DNA of 64,000 nucleotides, taken from NCBI GenBank assembly GCA_030704615.1, contig CM060732.1, forward strand, positions 30,566,001-30,630,000, read 5' to 3'. Origin of the DNA: Takakia lepidozioides. Taxonomy: Eukaryota; Plantae; Bryophyta. A model generated the notes under the pieces. That model had not been told where the DNA came from. It saw only the letters and a list, made by a program, of their open reading frames with translations, and did not search any database. The position numbers and the translations under genes are program-made. Shown piece after piece: positions 26,461 through 37,300 of the stretch. Every line of letters begins with the position of its first letter. Position 1 is the stretch's first letter.

Positions 26461-26784
26461 ATGCATTTTCTAGGATGAAATACCCCCCCCCCCCCCACAT
26501 GTAATCATCCCATTAGCACACATAATACAACACCCTTATGCATTTCCTTTTATGCAGCCTCTCCCTCATTTGGGCGTGAATGGTCAAAACCGAACGTCGC
26601 TCCTTCCACTCCTCACTCACTCCTTCCAAAACCACAATCAGATCTTGCATGAGTACTACTCTCTAAACCCTAAACTTTATGGAATACACTTTACATGCAT
26701 TGAGAAGATTAAAGAAAGTAATCTTCATGCGAGGGGGAATGACGTTTATACCTTACGTGGTACTTTTTTCCCTTGGACATCATT

Positions 26785-27715
26785 CATTGGCTTCACAAGC
26801 TGCTGTTGAGCTGAAGAATGTAGCCGAAGAAGTCACCAAGCTGTCATTTCATAATTCAAAACTTCAAAATGAACTGGTCAAGGCTCAAGAAATCGCTTTT
26901 CAGAATGCCACAACAAGAATGGTAAAGTCCACAGCAGTGGTATCTTCTTTTATCACATTGATATGTGGCAGCTTGATTCTGAAACGGCTATACATGAATT
27001 GAAGTAAAAGCTTGAAATAGCTAAAGAGAAGGAGGCCACCTTAGAGGCAAACTATGGCAGAGAGGGAAGAGGGGGAGACGATCCTATAGAAGAAATTGGA
27101 CGCCGCCAAACAGCTGGAGATTGACCTGGAGAATGACTTAGCAGGCATGTGGGTTCTAGTGGCAAAAATGAAGAAAGACAAGGATGTTGCCACAGACCAG
27201 TTACCCAGGGTGGAGTTCCAATACTCCTGTCAAGAGGAGTTTCGAACCAATTGGGGGGATGATGGAATCTTGGGTGCTCCAGAGAGCTGCCACACTGCAA
27301 GGCTCCAGCAAGCCTATAAAACTCAAGGACTCGGGGACAGTACCAGACCAATTTGTGAGGGCTGAGCAGGAGTCTAATGGGGATGAGTTTTGGAGCAATG
27401 GTGGGGGATTTGCTGGCGGGTCCCCAAGTGTCTTAGATGAAGATGAATTCTACACAGGTTTAGATGACATTACTTTTATGTCAGTGGATCAGTTAGCCAG
27501 TTTTGGCTCTGGTGATGGTCCACCAGCTGATTGTGAGCTTAAAAGTACCTCCACCGAATGCTCCACAAGGATAGAGAGACATGAAAGTAATGGTTTAAAA
27601 ATGAAAGAGGGAGCTGATGGTGAGCGGGGGCATTCGCTTGAAGAATTGAAGAGTTTTATGGAAGAGGAAAAACGGAGGGGTGCTGCACTTGGTGCTCTGG
27701 TGTCCCAGTTGAAGA
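26785..27715 (+). pseudogene. Kinesin-7 (KIN7) C-terminal coiled-coil fragment
   Basis: ASQAAVELKNVAEEVTKLS, LENDLAGMWVLVAKMKK and LEELK...LVSQLK are characteristic KIN7 tail motifs; there is a stop and frameshifts and no motor domain. Confidence 0.8.
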
Positions 27716-27838
27716 CAAACTCCATCCTCACATCCATTCCCAACTCACATGCATCCTCCATTAAAACAAGGGATAGGCAGTCTGGGTCTTCACAGGCCAG
27801 TCATGACCTTGATACAGATATATGGCAGTTTTCGAGAT

Positions 27839-29964
27839 AACGACGCAACGGCGTGAGCCTTGTGCGTGAGCGCGTGAACGCATGCTCACGTAGGAGTGAC
27901 GTGGCGTGAGCGTGCAGCAACGCTGACGTGGCGTGAGTGTGATGTCAGCAGGCTGACATGGCGACAAATGCTAACGTGGCGCTGCGTCGTCATCTGCCAC
28001 GTCAGCATAAATATGCGGCGCCTATATCTGAGGATGGTCCTATGATCGTGGGATTAATCCAGACAATCGTTGGCTAAATACAATGAAGACTATCATCAAA
28101 CACCCAAAATGTAAGCCTACAAATATAGCATCCATTCCACAACATTGTGCAATTAGAATTGTAAGTTTCACTATTACAATTACAAGGACGACAAAATAAC
28201 CTCATAACGTGAGTGCCATAGAGGCTACCACGGGAAGACCATGGGAAACCATCTTGACGTCCAAAGGTGCAATGATGCATGAGGTCTAAGAACTTGCCAC
28301 ACGCCAAATGCCAAAACAGAATAGAAGTGATGATCGACGACCTCTATCAAAATACCAGAGCAAAAAAAAAATTTGGAACAATAAGGGGAAAAAAAAACAA
28401 ACAAACAAACAAACAAACAAACAAACAAAAACAGTGTAGAAGTGATGATCGGCACCGATCATCACTTCTGCTCTGTTTCCCCCCCCCCCCCCCCCCCCCT
28501 AAATTTTTCCTATAAAAAAATAAAAAAAAATAAAAAATAGAAGGATGATCGGTGCCAATCATCACTTACAGTGCTTCAAGATTATGCAGAGTATTTTTCA
28601 TTTCAGGCCAGAAATGTGGTTCACATTGTTTTGCTTTCGTGTTTGAGTCCTGCATCTTTCCCCCTTGCAAAGTTAGTTGTCCATCAAAACATGATCTTAG
28701 GGCTGGAAAGAAGTGATGATCGGCACCGATCATCACTCAAACTGTTGTGTGCGGATGCAGATAAATCTTCATTTCACCCAAAAATGTGAATTGCATCGTT
28801 TTGCTTTCGTGTTTCAGTCCTACGTTTCCCTGATTGAAACTGAAATCTTCAAGAAAATATGATGATCGCCGCCGATCATCACATTTAGACCTTTTTCAGG
28901 GTGGTACTTTTATGAGGTAGTAGAATTCCCATTAGCAGTCACTCTCTGTAGGGAATGTGATGATCGCCGCCGATCATCACATTCTCATGTTTTGTGAATT
29001 GACATGTTGGGAATTGCATTGGGTTTGCGAGTTCGCAGGTACACAAAATATGTGCTCATGGAGGGAAAACACTTGAGCGGTGTCCCTGATTATCTCGACA
29101 TGTGGTCGGATCCTAACATGTGTCCGGATCTCCACATGTGGTCGGATCTTCGTTTGGGATCACAAACCGATTCTGTATTCGACAGCCCCCTGCCCAGTTT
29201 TTGCTTCATGTGTATGCAGAAGAAATGACATTTCGCATGTCCGAGGCTCCATCACTTGATCCCAGAATGTCTACACGCGGGAGTAGACATCCCAGATCTG
29301 AAGTCATGAATTTTTTGGACTTAGATGCAGAGGATGCAGGGATATGTTATGATGAGTCCAAGTCAGATTGACCTTTAAAGTTTCTATGTACTATTTCTTC
29401 ATCCTCATAAAGTATTTTGACTTGTTGCGACTGTTCGTTTGTCCCAAGTACGAACGGAATGATTAATTACAAAACACACATTCACGGGTTGACATGGCCC
29501 CACATGATATTGAAAGACAGAAAATCCAACAAAGTTCGAAATTGCTTTCAGGAAAAAAAAACTACATCAATCCATCGTAGTGTTCGCACTCATTCCCTAC
29601 ATTCATCCATTCTACATTCATCCATCCTGCATTCATGAATCCTTCGCATTGTTTGCACTCATCCATGTTATATTCATCTATCCTGCATTCATCCATCCTA
29701 CATTCATCCAATCGATCGACACGATGCTAAAGATGTAGTCTGCAATGACTGGAAAGGATAAATCATTCCGCATAAATAGGCACCTACCTTCTGTCCGCGG
29801 TTATAGGTCCGTGCCTTTGGAAATGACGTGGCATCAACCACGCTGGCAAGGACTGCTGACGTGCCGTGACACCCGTGAACCAACATAGTGACAACTGTTG
29901 ACGTGGCGTGAACCTGACTGCGCTCACGTGCTCACGCGGCCAGGCTCACGCGGAGGCATTCCTC
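27839..29964. mobile_element. Non-autonomous Mutator-like element
   Basis: Flanked by the direct repeat TTTTCGAGAT (27829-27838, 29965-29974); imperfect GCGTGAGC/CTGACGTGGC-rich TIRs shared with the ends at 41546, 49182 and 60154. Confidence 0.75.
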
Positions 29965-31236
29965 TTTTCGAGATGAACTCGAGATGATTTTTCTTTCCAA
30001 AACACGGGCGTGTAGAGCCTTCCGTTTTGATGCCATCTTAGCGGCTAGGGGTATATTGTAATCGTGTTGGGTAAGCTAATTTAGCCCTGACTACACGGTT
30101 CCCCCCTGTCGTACACCTGATGGTCGAAGAGAATGGACTTGGTTGATCGTCCCTCGAGTTCATCTTGAGCGATCAGAGAACTATGGGCATGCGCAAGCCT
30201 CTGCCGACCTAACCTTCTCATCGATGACTTATGCGGTAATCCCTCTCATTCTTCCTTAGAGGTACGAACCTCTTTTTGAAGGTGGGGCATATAAGTTTTC
30301 CAACTAGGGGTTGAGACTTGACCCTATGTTTGTGGCTGCCTTGAACGCATGCTTGCCCATAGTGATCAGCAAGATTTTTGTCACTAAACAATGAGCAGCA
30401 AACATAACAAAAACTTACGGTTGGAGCGAAAGTGCCTCATTCTTCAATTAGAGAACTTTATCTCGTGAGGACGGGAGTTTTTGCATAAGATACATCCTTT
30501 AGGCACGATAGGCGCATTTAATATGCATTTGTCTTGATTTCCATTGCATTTGTATTTGGGTCCGAACCGGGCCCCCGTAAAATTTACTGTCTTTTTCAGA
30601 ATTTTTTCTACTTTTTATTACCTTTGCAAGCCTTACCACCCTAAACCCTAAACTTCCTTAGTGCTTTGCTAAAGTTCTGCAGTTAGCTTCATTCTATAAG
30701 CTTTTAGTTTGAAAACTAAACTTGAGGGGTTTTTATTCATATCTAGTTTGTGTTAAGTTACAATAAAGTCAATTGTATTTGAGAGATATTGTTGACTTTT
30801 ATCAAGCCATTTTTTGGCTAAAAGTTATCTTTTTCTATTTAGGCATAAAGTTATTTTTTAGACACAAAAATATATTTTTCCTATTATAGACATGAAAATA
30901 CTTTCTTTTCCCTATTTTGGTCTTGTGCCTATTTGAGACAACCCCTTATTACAGTATAAGCATTGCTCAGCCTGCACGGTTACTTTGAAAGAGGTTATTT
31001 TCTCCTCTCTTGTCAACTCTCCCAGTCAAGGGGTGGCCTGATTTGTGAGCTGGCGCTCCTAGGTGTTTCCCTTATATATATATATATATATATATATATC
31101 AGCCTGCACGGTTATTGTGAAAGAGGTTATTTTTCTCCTTTCAGCCTGATTTGTGAGCTGTCGCTCCTAGGTGTTTCCCTTATATATATATATATAAACT
31201 GGGGGTGAGACTATGTGTACCTCATTCCATTTCTCT

Positions 31237-31276
31237 CCCACTGATGAGCTCATTTGTTGAGCGAAACTAGTCTAGG
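31237..31276 (+). ncRNA. Minimal type I hammerhead ribozyme motif
   Basis: ccca-CTGATGA-gctca tttgt tgagc-GAAAC-tag-TC-tagg: intact core, perfect 5-bp stem II, palindromic ACTAGT stem III, one mismatch in stem I. Confidence 0.72.
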
Positions 31277-32674
31277 CCTTTATAGAGATTGACTACTATT
31301 GTGTATCTAAGGGTTCTTGTCTCGATGTTTATTCTATGTTGTTGAGCCTTAGGTTTGCTATCATTTATTGCATGCTTTAAACTCCTTCTCGAGTGTTGCG
31401 TGTTAGATGAGCATCTAAGTCGTTCTCTACTATGTCTATTCTCTTGCAAAAGGGTTGTTGTAATGTTCATGTCATCTCAGTGAAATAGTTTCAATCACAT
31501 ATATTTGCCTCTTTGCATATCAGCAGAAAAACCCCTGCCGTGCAAGCCCGGTGCCTCGCTACCTTGGCCTTGCTGGCAGGGCAGGACGTACTTTGGCTAT
31601 AGAGAGCATGGCAAAATGGGGCATTAATGAGGGTTGCAGACACGTGTAGTTAGGAAAGGCATTCAAACATGTGGCGGGCCAGCAGATTAATGAGGGTTGA
31701 AGACCCGTGTAGTTAGGAAAGCGATTGAAACATCTCGAGGCACGTTTGGAGCCTGCCAGATATGCCCAAATGTGGCGGGGCAAAGACAAATTTGAGCGGC
31801 CCCGCCGGAGATAATTTGGCGTTATTGCTCGGTTAGGGTTTGCTTTGGGCCCCGCCCCTTTGCGGCGGGACTAGATTGGTGCCGGCTAGGTGGCTTTACC
31901 GTGCTGCAGGAGATGCTCTAAGTCGTCCTCTTTGTTTGCCTATTTGCATATCTTTGCAGTTGCATGTTAGAGCATCTCAACATCACTTCTTTTCTAGCTT
32001 TCTGTCTCTCATGATCAACGCTATTAATTTTGATTCACATGATCTAGATATCTGCAGCCTCTGGTACTCTCCACTTTGCTCCTCTTACGCTGGTAGAGTT
32101 CTGGCGCGACTACCGAAACACTTTCCCAGCTCCTGGGTCGGTGGACCGACACTGGCAGTATCACTTCTTGTGAGGGAGTCAAGCATCAATCAATAACAAC
32201 ATTCCCCAAATACCCTTACAATCACTATATGAAACTTTCAAGCAGCCGCCATGGGATTGGATCTTGGACAGCTTTTGACAATATCAAGGGCTCCATCCGA
32301 AGCCACACCACAAAAAACAAACAAACATCTGCAAATTTAAGATGCTGAACAAACCTGTGCACAGGGCTGCCCCTCTAATCAAGCTCATCAAAATTCATAT
32401 TCACTTCCATCTTCAAACTTTGGAGAAGCTCCACCACCCAAACCCAGAATTAGGACAGCACTCTGATTTCCATCCTACTGTCACCAAAGTCAGTCCAATA
32501 TCACCCCTTCAGTCAAGTGCAATTATTGGCTGACTTCCCACCTAGATATGCCACAGGAAATGCACTCAACAGTACATCATGGTCAATACTCCCAGGAAAT
32601 GGTGGATGATCTGAGTAGCTACACAGATCACTGAATGAAGCAAGACACTCGCATCTTTCCAAGAAAACATCCTT

Positions 32675-35296
32675 TCACCAGTAATCCCCACAAGAACAAT
32701 TCCCATCTTCAAAGTGGTGAAAGCGGTTAGCGTCCCGTACAACAATTGCTCGGCCAACAATCTTTGAGATGAATTTGGTCGAGGTGTGGCAGTCACCACA
32801 CACTCGAAGATTCTTGATGAGACGGAGAGGCGTCCTCGGGGTCGTGCTGATCAACCCAAAACCAATGGCCAGCTTCTCACTGTGGTGGCAAAGAAAAAAT
32901 TCCTTTTCCTCCTCCCCCACCTCATGCAATACAAAGCGCGTGTCAGGCACATACCCCGCCTCCTTCATCTGCCCAGACAATCTTCTCAGCTCAGCATGGA
33001 TTTCCTTAATTCTGGGATGCGACTTGTCATCTACAACGAAGGTGTGTACCCTGTTGCCAACCTCAATGCAGCAGCGACCTGGCTCCTTTCTAACCCCTTT
33101 GACCTTCATCATTTTTCTCACCTTTGCAGTATCATCCCACCTGCCAGCTGCAGCATAGATGTTTGAGAGCAAGACATAAGTCGCGGCATCCTGTTCATCC
33201 CACATGAGGATAGATGTTGCTGCACGTTCAGCCATCTCCACATTGCCATGGATTTTGCAGGCACCAAGCAAGGCCTTCCACACCACAGCACCTGGATTGA
33301 TGGGCATTTTATTAATCAGGTCCACTGCCTCATCCAGTCGTCCCGCACGTCCAAGAAGGTCCACCATGCAGCCAAAGTGCTTTACTGTCGGAGTGACACC
33401 ATGATCTTGACTCATGGAATCAAAGTAGCGTCTTCCTTCATTCAGTAGGCCAGCATGGCTGCATGCAGAGAGAACACATATAAAGGTGATACTGTTCGGC
33501 TTCAAGCCGTTCTTTTGCATTCCTTGAAACAGTTGCACGACCTCCCTATGACAACCATGCTGTGCATATCCTGCAATCATCGCACTCCACGACACCACAT
33601 CTCGTTCAGCCATATTGTCGAACACTCCCTTTGCATCCTCGATGCACCCACATTTGGCATACATGTCCACCAGGGCAGTGTTCAGCATGACATTTGGTAC
33701 AATTCCAGCTCTGACGATGTCACCGTGCACCTCTTTGCCCTTTTGCAGGGCTGCCAGGCTTGCACACGCACTGCAAACGCACACAAACGTGATGTGGTCG
33801 GGCTTCTCCCCTTCCCCCATCATTTGCTCATACGTCTCCAAAGCCTCCATCCCGCGCCCCTGCTGTGCATACCCTGCAAGCATCGCGTTCCACGACACCA
33901 CATCTCGTTCAGCCACACTGTCGAACACTCCCTTTGCATCCTCGATGCTCCCACATTTGGAATACATGTCCACCAGGGCAGTGTTCAGCATGACATTGGG
34001 TACAATTCCAGCTCTGACGATGTCGCCATGCACCTCTTTGCCCTTTTCCAGGGCTGCCAGGCTTGCACACGCACTGCAAACGCACACAAATGTGATGTGG
34101 TTGGGCTTCACCCCTTCCCCCATCATTTGCTCATACGTCTCCAAAGCCTCCATCCCGCGCCCCTGCTGTGCATATCCTGTGAGCATCGCGTTCCACGACA
34201 CCACATCTCGTTCAGCCATACTGTCGAACACTCCCTTTGCGTGCTCGATGCTCCCACATTTGGCATACATGTCCACCAGGGTAGTGTTCAGGATGACATT
34301 TGGTACGATTCCAGCTTTGACGATGTCGCCATGCACCTCTTTGCCCTTTTCCAGGGCTGCCAGGCTTGCACACGCACTGCAAACGCACACAAACGTGATC
34401 TGGTTGGGCTTCACCCCTTCCCGCATCATTTGCTCGTAGGTCTCCAAAGCCTCTATCCCGCACCCCTGCTGTGCATACCCTGCGAGCATCGCACTCCATG
34501 ACACCACATTTCGTTCAGCCATATTGTCGAACACCCCCTTTGCAAGCTCGATGCTCCCACATTTGGCATACATGTCCACCAGGGCAGTGTTCAGGATCAC
34601 ATCTGGTACGATTCCAGCTCTGACCAGGTCGCCATGCACCTCTTTGCCCTTTTCCAGGGCTGCCAGGATTGCACACGCACTGCAAACGCACACAAATGTG
34701 ACGCGGTCGGGCTTCACCCCTTCCCCCATCATTTGCTCATACGTCTCCAAAGCATTCCTACCACACCCATGCTTGGTAAATCCTGCCAACATTATATTCC
34801 ACAAGATCAAAGATCGTTGAGGCATTCTGTTGAACACATGGTGAGCATCCATGATGCTCCCGCACTTAACATACATGTTGACAAGGGTGTTGAGGAGAAA
34901 AACATTTGGCGTGAATCCACTTTGGATAATGTGACTGTGCACCTGCTTTCCAGCTTCCAGGCCTTTCACCTTGATGCACTTATGCAAGAGAAAGACATAC
35001 GTTTCTGAATCTGCTGAAATGCCTCCTTGGTTTAAAGTCTGTAGAGCCTCTTTCAGTCTGCCTGCCTCACAAAGCATCTTCACATGCCCAGAAGTGGCAG
35101 AAGAGGCATTGTGGACTCCCTCTCTTGATCCTCTTCCAGAAGCTGTGGTCATGGTTGAGGTGCCTGATTTTATCAGCTGTGCCGCTGCAGCTGCTGCCCT
35201 TAATTGACCATCTACCCATGCAGGTTTCTTGTAGCTAGTGATCCACAGGGAATCATAGGTAACCTTGTGCTTGAAATCTGGCCCTCTTGGATGAAT
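32675..35296 (-). CDS. PLS-class PPR protein with E1-E2-DYW (DYW:PG) cytidine deaminase; terminal exon, beginning with the second half of a PDF motif
   Basis: Uninterrupted frame with about five PLS triplets, P2-L2-S2, E domains, PG box (PGRCCIE), HSEKLA, CGDCH and terminal DYW; acceptor gtccag|ATT at 35297/35296. Confidence 0.97.
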   Translation of the reverse strand: MHPRGPDFKHKVTYDSLWITSYKKPAWVDGQLRAAAAAAQLIKSGTSTMTTASGRGSREGVHNASSATSGHVKMLCEAGRLKEALQTLNQGGISADSETYVFLLHKCIKVKGLEAGKQVHSHIIQSGFTPNVFLLNTLVNMYVKCGSIMDAHHVFNRMPQRSLILWNIMLAGFTKHGCGRNALETYEQMMGEGVKPDRVTFVCVCSACAILAALEKGKEVHGDLVRAGIVPDVILNTALVDMYAKCGSIELAKGVFDNMAERNVVSWSAMLAGYAQQGCGIEALETYEQMMREGVKPNQITFVCVCSACASLAALEKGKEVHGDIVKAGIVPNVILNTTLVDMYAKCGSIEHAKGVFDSMAERDVVSWNAMLTGYAQQGRGMEALETYEQMMGEGVKPNHITFVCVCSACASLAALEKGKEVHGDIVRAGIVPNVMLNTALVDMYSKCGSIEDAKGVFDSVAERDVVSWNAMLAGYAQQGRGMEALETYEQMMGEGEKPDHITFVCVCSACASLAALQKGKEVHGDIVRAGIVPNVMLNTALVDMYAKCGCIEDAKGVFDNMAERDVVSWSAMIAGYAQHGCHREVVQLFQGMQKNGLKPNSITFICVLSACSHAGLLNEGRRYFDSMSQDHGVTPTVKHFGCMVDLLGRAGRLDEAVDLINKMPINPGAVVWKALLGACKIHGNVEMAERAATSILMWDEQDAATYVLLSNIYAAAGRWDDTAKVRKMMKVKGVRKEPGRCCIEVGNRVHTFVVDDKSHPRIKEIHAELRRLSGQMKEAGYVPDTRFVLHEVGEEEKEFFLCHHSEKLAIGFGLISTTPRTPLRLIKNLRVCGDCHTSTKFISKIVGRAIVVRDANRFHHFEDGNCSCGDYW

Positions 35297-36930
35297 CTGG
35301 ACCCACACTCCATCCCTGCTCCTTCAGCTATCCATGCCTCTGCACAAATCATGCATACATCCTTGCCTTGCTGCTAGCAGCTGACAATGACAGCCTAGAA
35401 TTCTTCCAGCAAACACCCCAACCATACTTAAACACTAGTTCCTATGCTCATTGCGTCTGCTACTCTCTGTAATCCAACAGGCATCCACCTGTTTGCCTCG
35501 ATTGTCCCACCAGTGACTGGGGTCAGAAAAGTAATCTTTCCACAGCTTCTCCTCGTCTCTGTTACCTGTTTCTGGATACTTTCCTGTTGTCACATTGACA
35601 GTATCATGTCGAAGTCACTCCAAACTATCAAAGGTTCACTCAACCAGCTAACTTGCAGAATTCAACATGAAAATTTAGGGCCGGTTCTGATAAGAGGGAA
35701 AAACAGGGTGAAACGTGTTGAAGAAGGTGCCTTCATGAGCAGTGCCTGATTTTATCAATTGTGCCGCTGCTGCTGCGGATTCCAGTTGACCATCTACCAA
35801 TGCAGGTTTCTTGTAGCTATTGATCCACAGGGAATCATAGGTAATCTTGTGCTTGAAATCTGGCCCTCTTGGATGAATCTGGACCCACACTCCATCCCTG
35901 CTCCTTCAGCTATCCATGCCTCTGCACAAATCATGCATACATCCTTGCCTTGCTGCTAGCAGCTGACAATGACAGCCTAGAATTCTTCCAGCAAACACCC
36001 CAACCATACTTATCACACTAGTTCCTATGCTCATTGCGTCTGCTACTCTCTGTAATCCAACAGGCATCCACCTGTTTGCCTCGATTGTCCCACCAGTGAC
36101 TGGGGTCAGAAAAGTAATCTTTCCACAGCTTCTCCTCGTCTCGGTTACCTGTTTCTGGAAACTTTCCTGTTGTCACATTAGCAGTAGCATGTCGAAGTCA
36201 CTCCAAACTATCAAAGGTTCACTCAACCAGCTAACTTGCAGAATTCAACATGAAAATTTAGGGCCGGATCTGATAAGAGGGAAAAACAGGGTGAAATGTG
36301 TTGAAGAAGGTGCCTTCATCAGCAGTGCCTGATTTTATCAATTGTGCCGCTGCTGCTGCGGCTTCCAGTTGACCATCTACCCATGCAGGTTTCTTGTAGC
36401 TATTGATCCACAGGGAATCATAGGTAACCTTGTGCTTGAAATCTGGCCCTCTTGGATGAATCTGGACCCACACTCCATCCCTGCTCCTTCAGCTATCCAT
36501 GCCTCTGCACAAATCATGCATACATCCTTGCCTTGCTGCTAGCAACAGACAATGACAGCCTAGAATTCTTCCAGCAAACACCCCAACCATACTTATCACA
36601 CTAGTTCCTAGTTGACTTGCATCTGCTTCCAGCAGGCATTCACCTTTTTGTCTCCATTGTCCCACCATTGACTGGCATCGGAGAAGTGTTCATTCCAAAG
36701 CTTCTCCTCGTCTCTGTTATCTGTTTTTGGATACTTTCCTGCTGCCACATCGGTACTAACTTGACAAATTCATTCCGAACCACCACAGATCCACTGCAAC
36801 ATATGGCAAATGAATGGCTACAACTTGGATGCAGACACCATGTTGAATGTGCAAATTCAGGGCCGAGTCTGATGAGAGAGCGAAACAGGCTGAAATAGGT
36901 CGAAGAAGAAGGTGCCCTCACCACATTGTC
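35160..36930. repeat. Tandem triplication of a ~583-bp unit (one PDF motif plus two introns per unit)
   Basis: Offsets of 582-583 bp between homologous positions (35489/36072; 35296/35878/36461). Confidence 0.92.
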
Positions 36931-36946
36931 CTTGACCTTGTGTCAT
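35489..36946 (-). CDS. Predicted upstream exons of the PPR-DYW gene encoding OSB-type PDF motifs: 36946-36922, 36738-36644, 36461-36329, 36166-36072, 35878-35746, 35583-35489
   Basis: Exons of 95 and 133 nt splice in frame to give e.g. EEKLWKDYFSDPSHWWDNRGKQ|IHPRGPDFKHKVTYDSLW...PAWVDGQL three times. Two of the donors must be GC (TCAG|GC). The start codon is uncertain. Confidence 0.7.
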
Positions 36947-36949
36947 GAC

Positions 36950-37300
36950 CCATGGAGGATTTGACCGACCATCAACCCAAAAAGACCTCTTGTGTGTGCT
37001 ACTTGTGTCTGTAGTGAGGTAATCTCGGATTGGTCTGTGAGAACCACCACGGTGCAGATGAGAAACACGGCCTGCTACGACCAAGCTGACTCTCCCAAGA
37101 ACCTTGTAAACATCATGAAGAATACCAAATCATGGTACTAAAAGGTGCCAAGAGCCCACATTTGCAGGATGGACAAACTTCTTCACATCGTACATTGAGA
37201 AAAAGCCCCACCTGGCGATTGCGATTCTCCCAGCATCGTGAAGGATCTTCAAAAAACTCATGCCAGCTCTGCTCCGTGCTCCAAGGTAGAGGTTTGTGAT
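36950..37300 (-). pseudogene. Degenerate fourth (most 5') PDF motif
   Basis: EQSWHEFFEDPSRCWENRNRQ|gt...ag|TNPRLPHYRHK* ...FWVDGRSNPPWV, with a stop and a frameshift. Confidence 0.7.

Larger units (their letters stand above)
27716..31500 (+). mobile_element. Probable Penelope-like element remnant, interrupted by the MULE at 27839-29964
   Basis: Broken frames resembling the PLE RT C-terminus (HPP..., RY..., L.ARG[Y], IPLILP.RYEP) join across the MULE TSD; a hammerhead motif lies downstream. Confidence 0.4.

Noticed and set aside
32675-33100. Possible U-to-C (DYW:KP) editing factor
   Set aside because: It has a PG box, HSEKLA and a terminal DYW, i.e. the canonical C-to-U type
33455-35008. Long plus-strand ORFs (348, 274 and 124 aa) with repeats
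   Set aside because: Antisense shadows of the PPR repeats
35297-35308. ORF-track start 'MWVQ' for the PPR gene
   Set aside because: It is a GTG inside the intron just before the gtccag acceptor, not a real start
36865-36905. CTGATGA...GAAA...GTC in the PDF intron (also ~46608 and antisense at ~19570) as a hammerhead
   Set aside because: Stems I and II do not pair and the core is not conserved among copies (CTGATAA in others)
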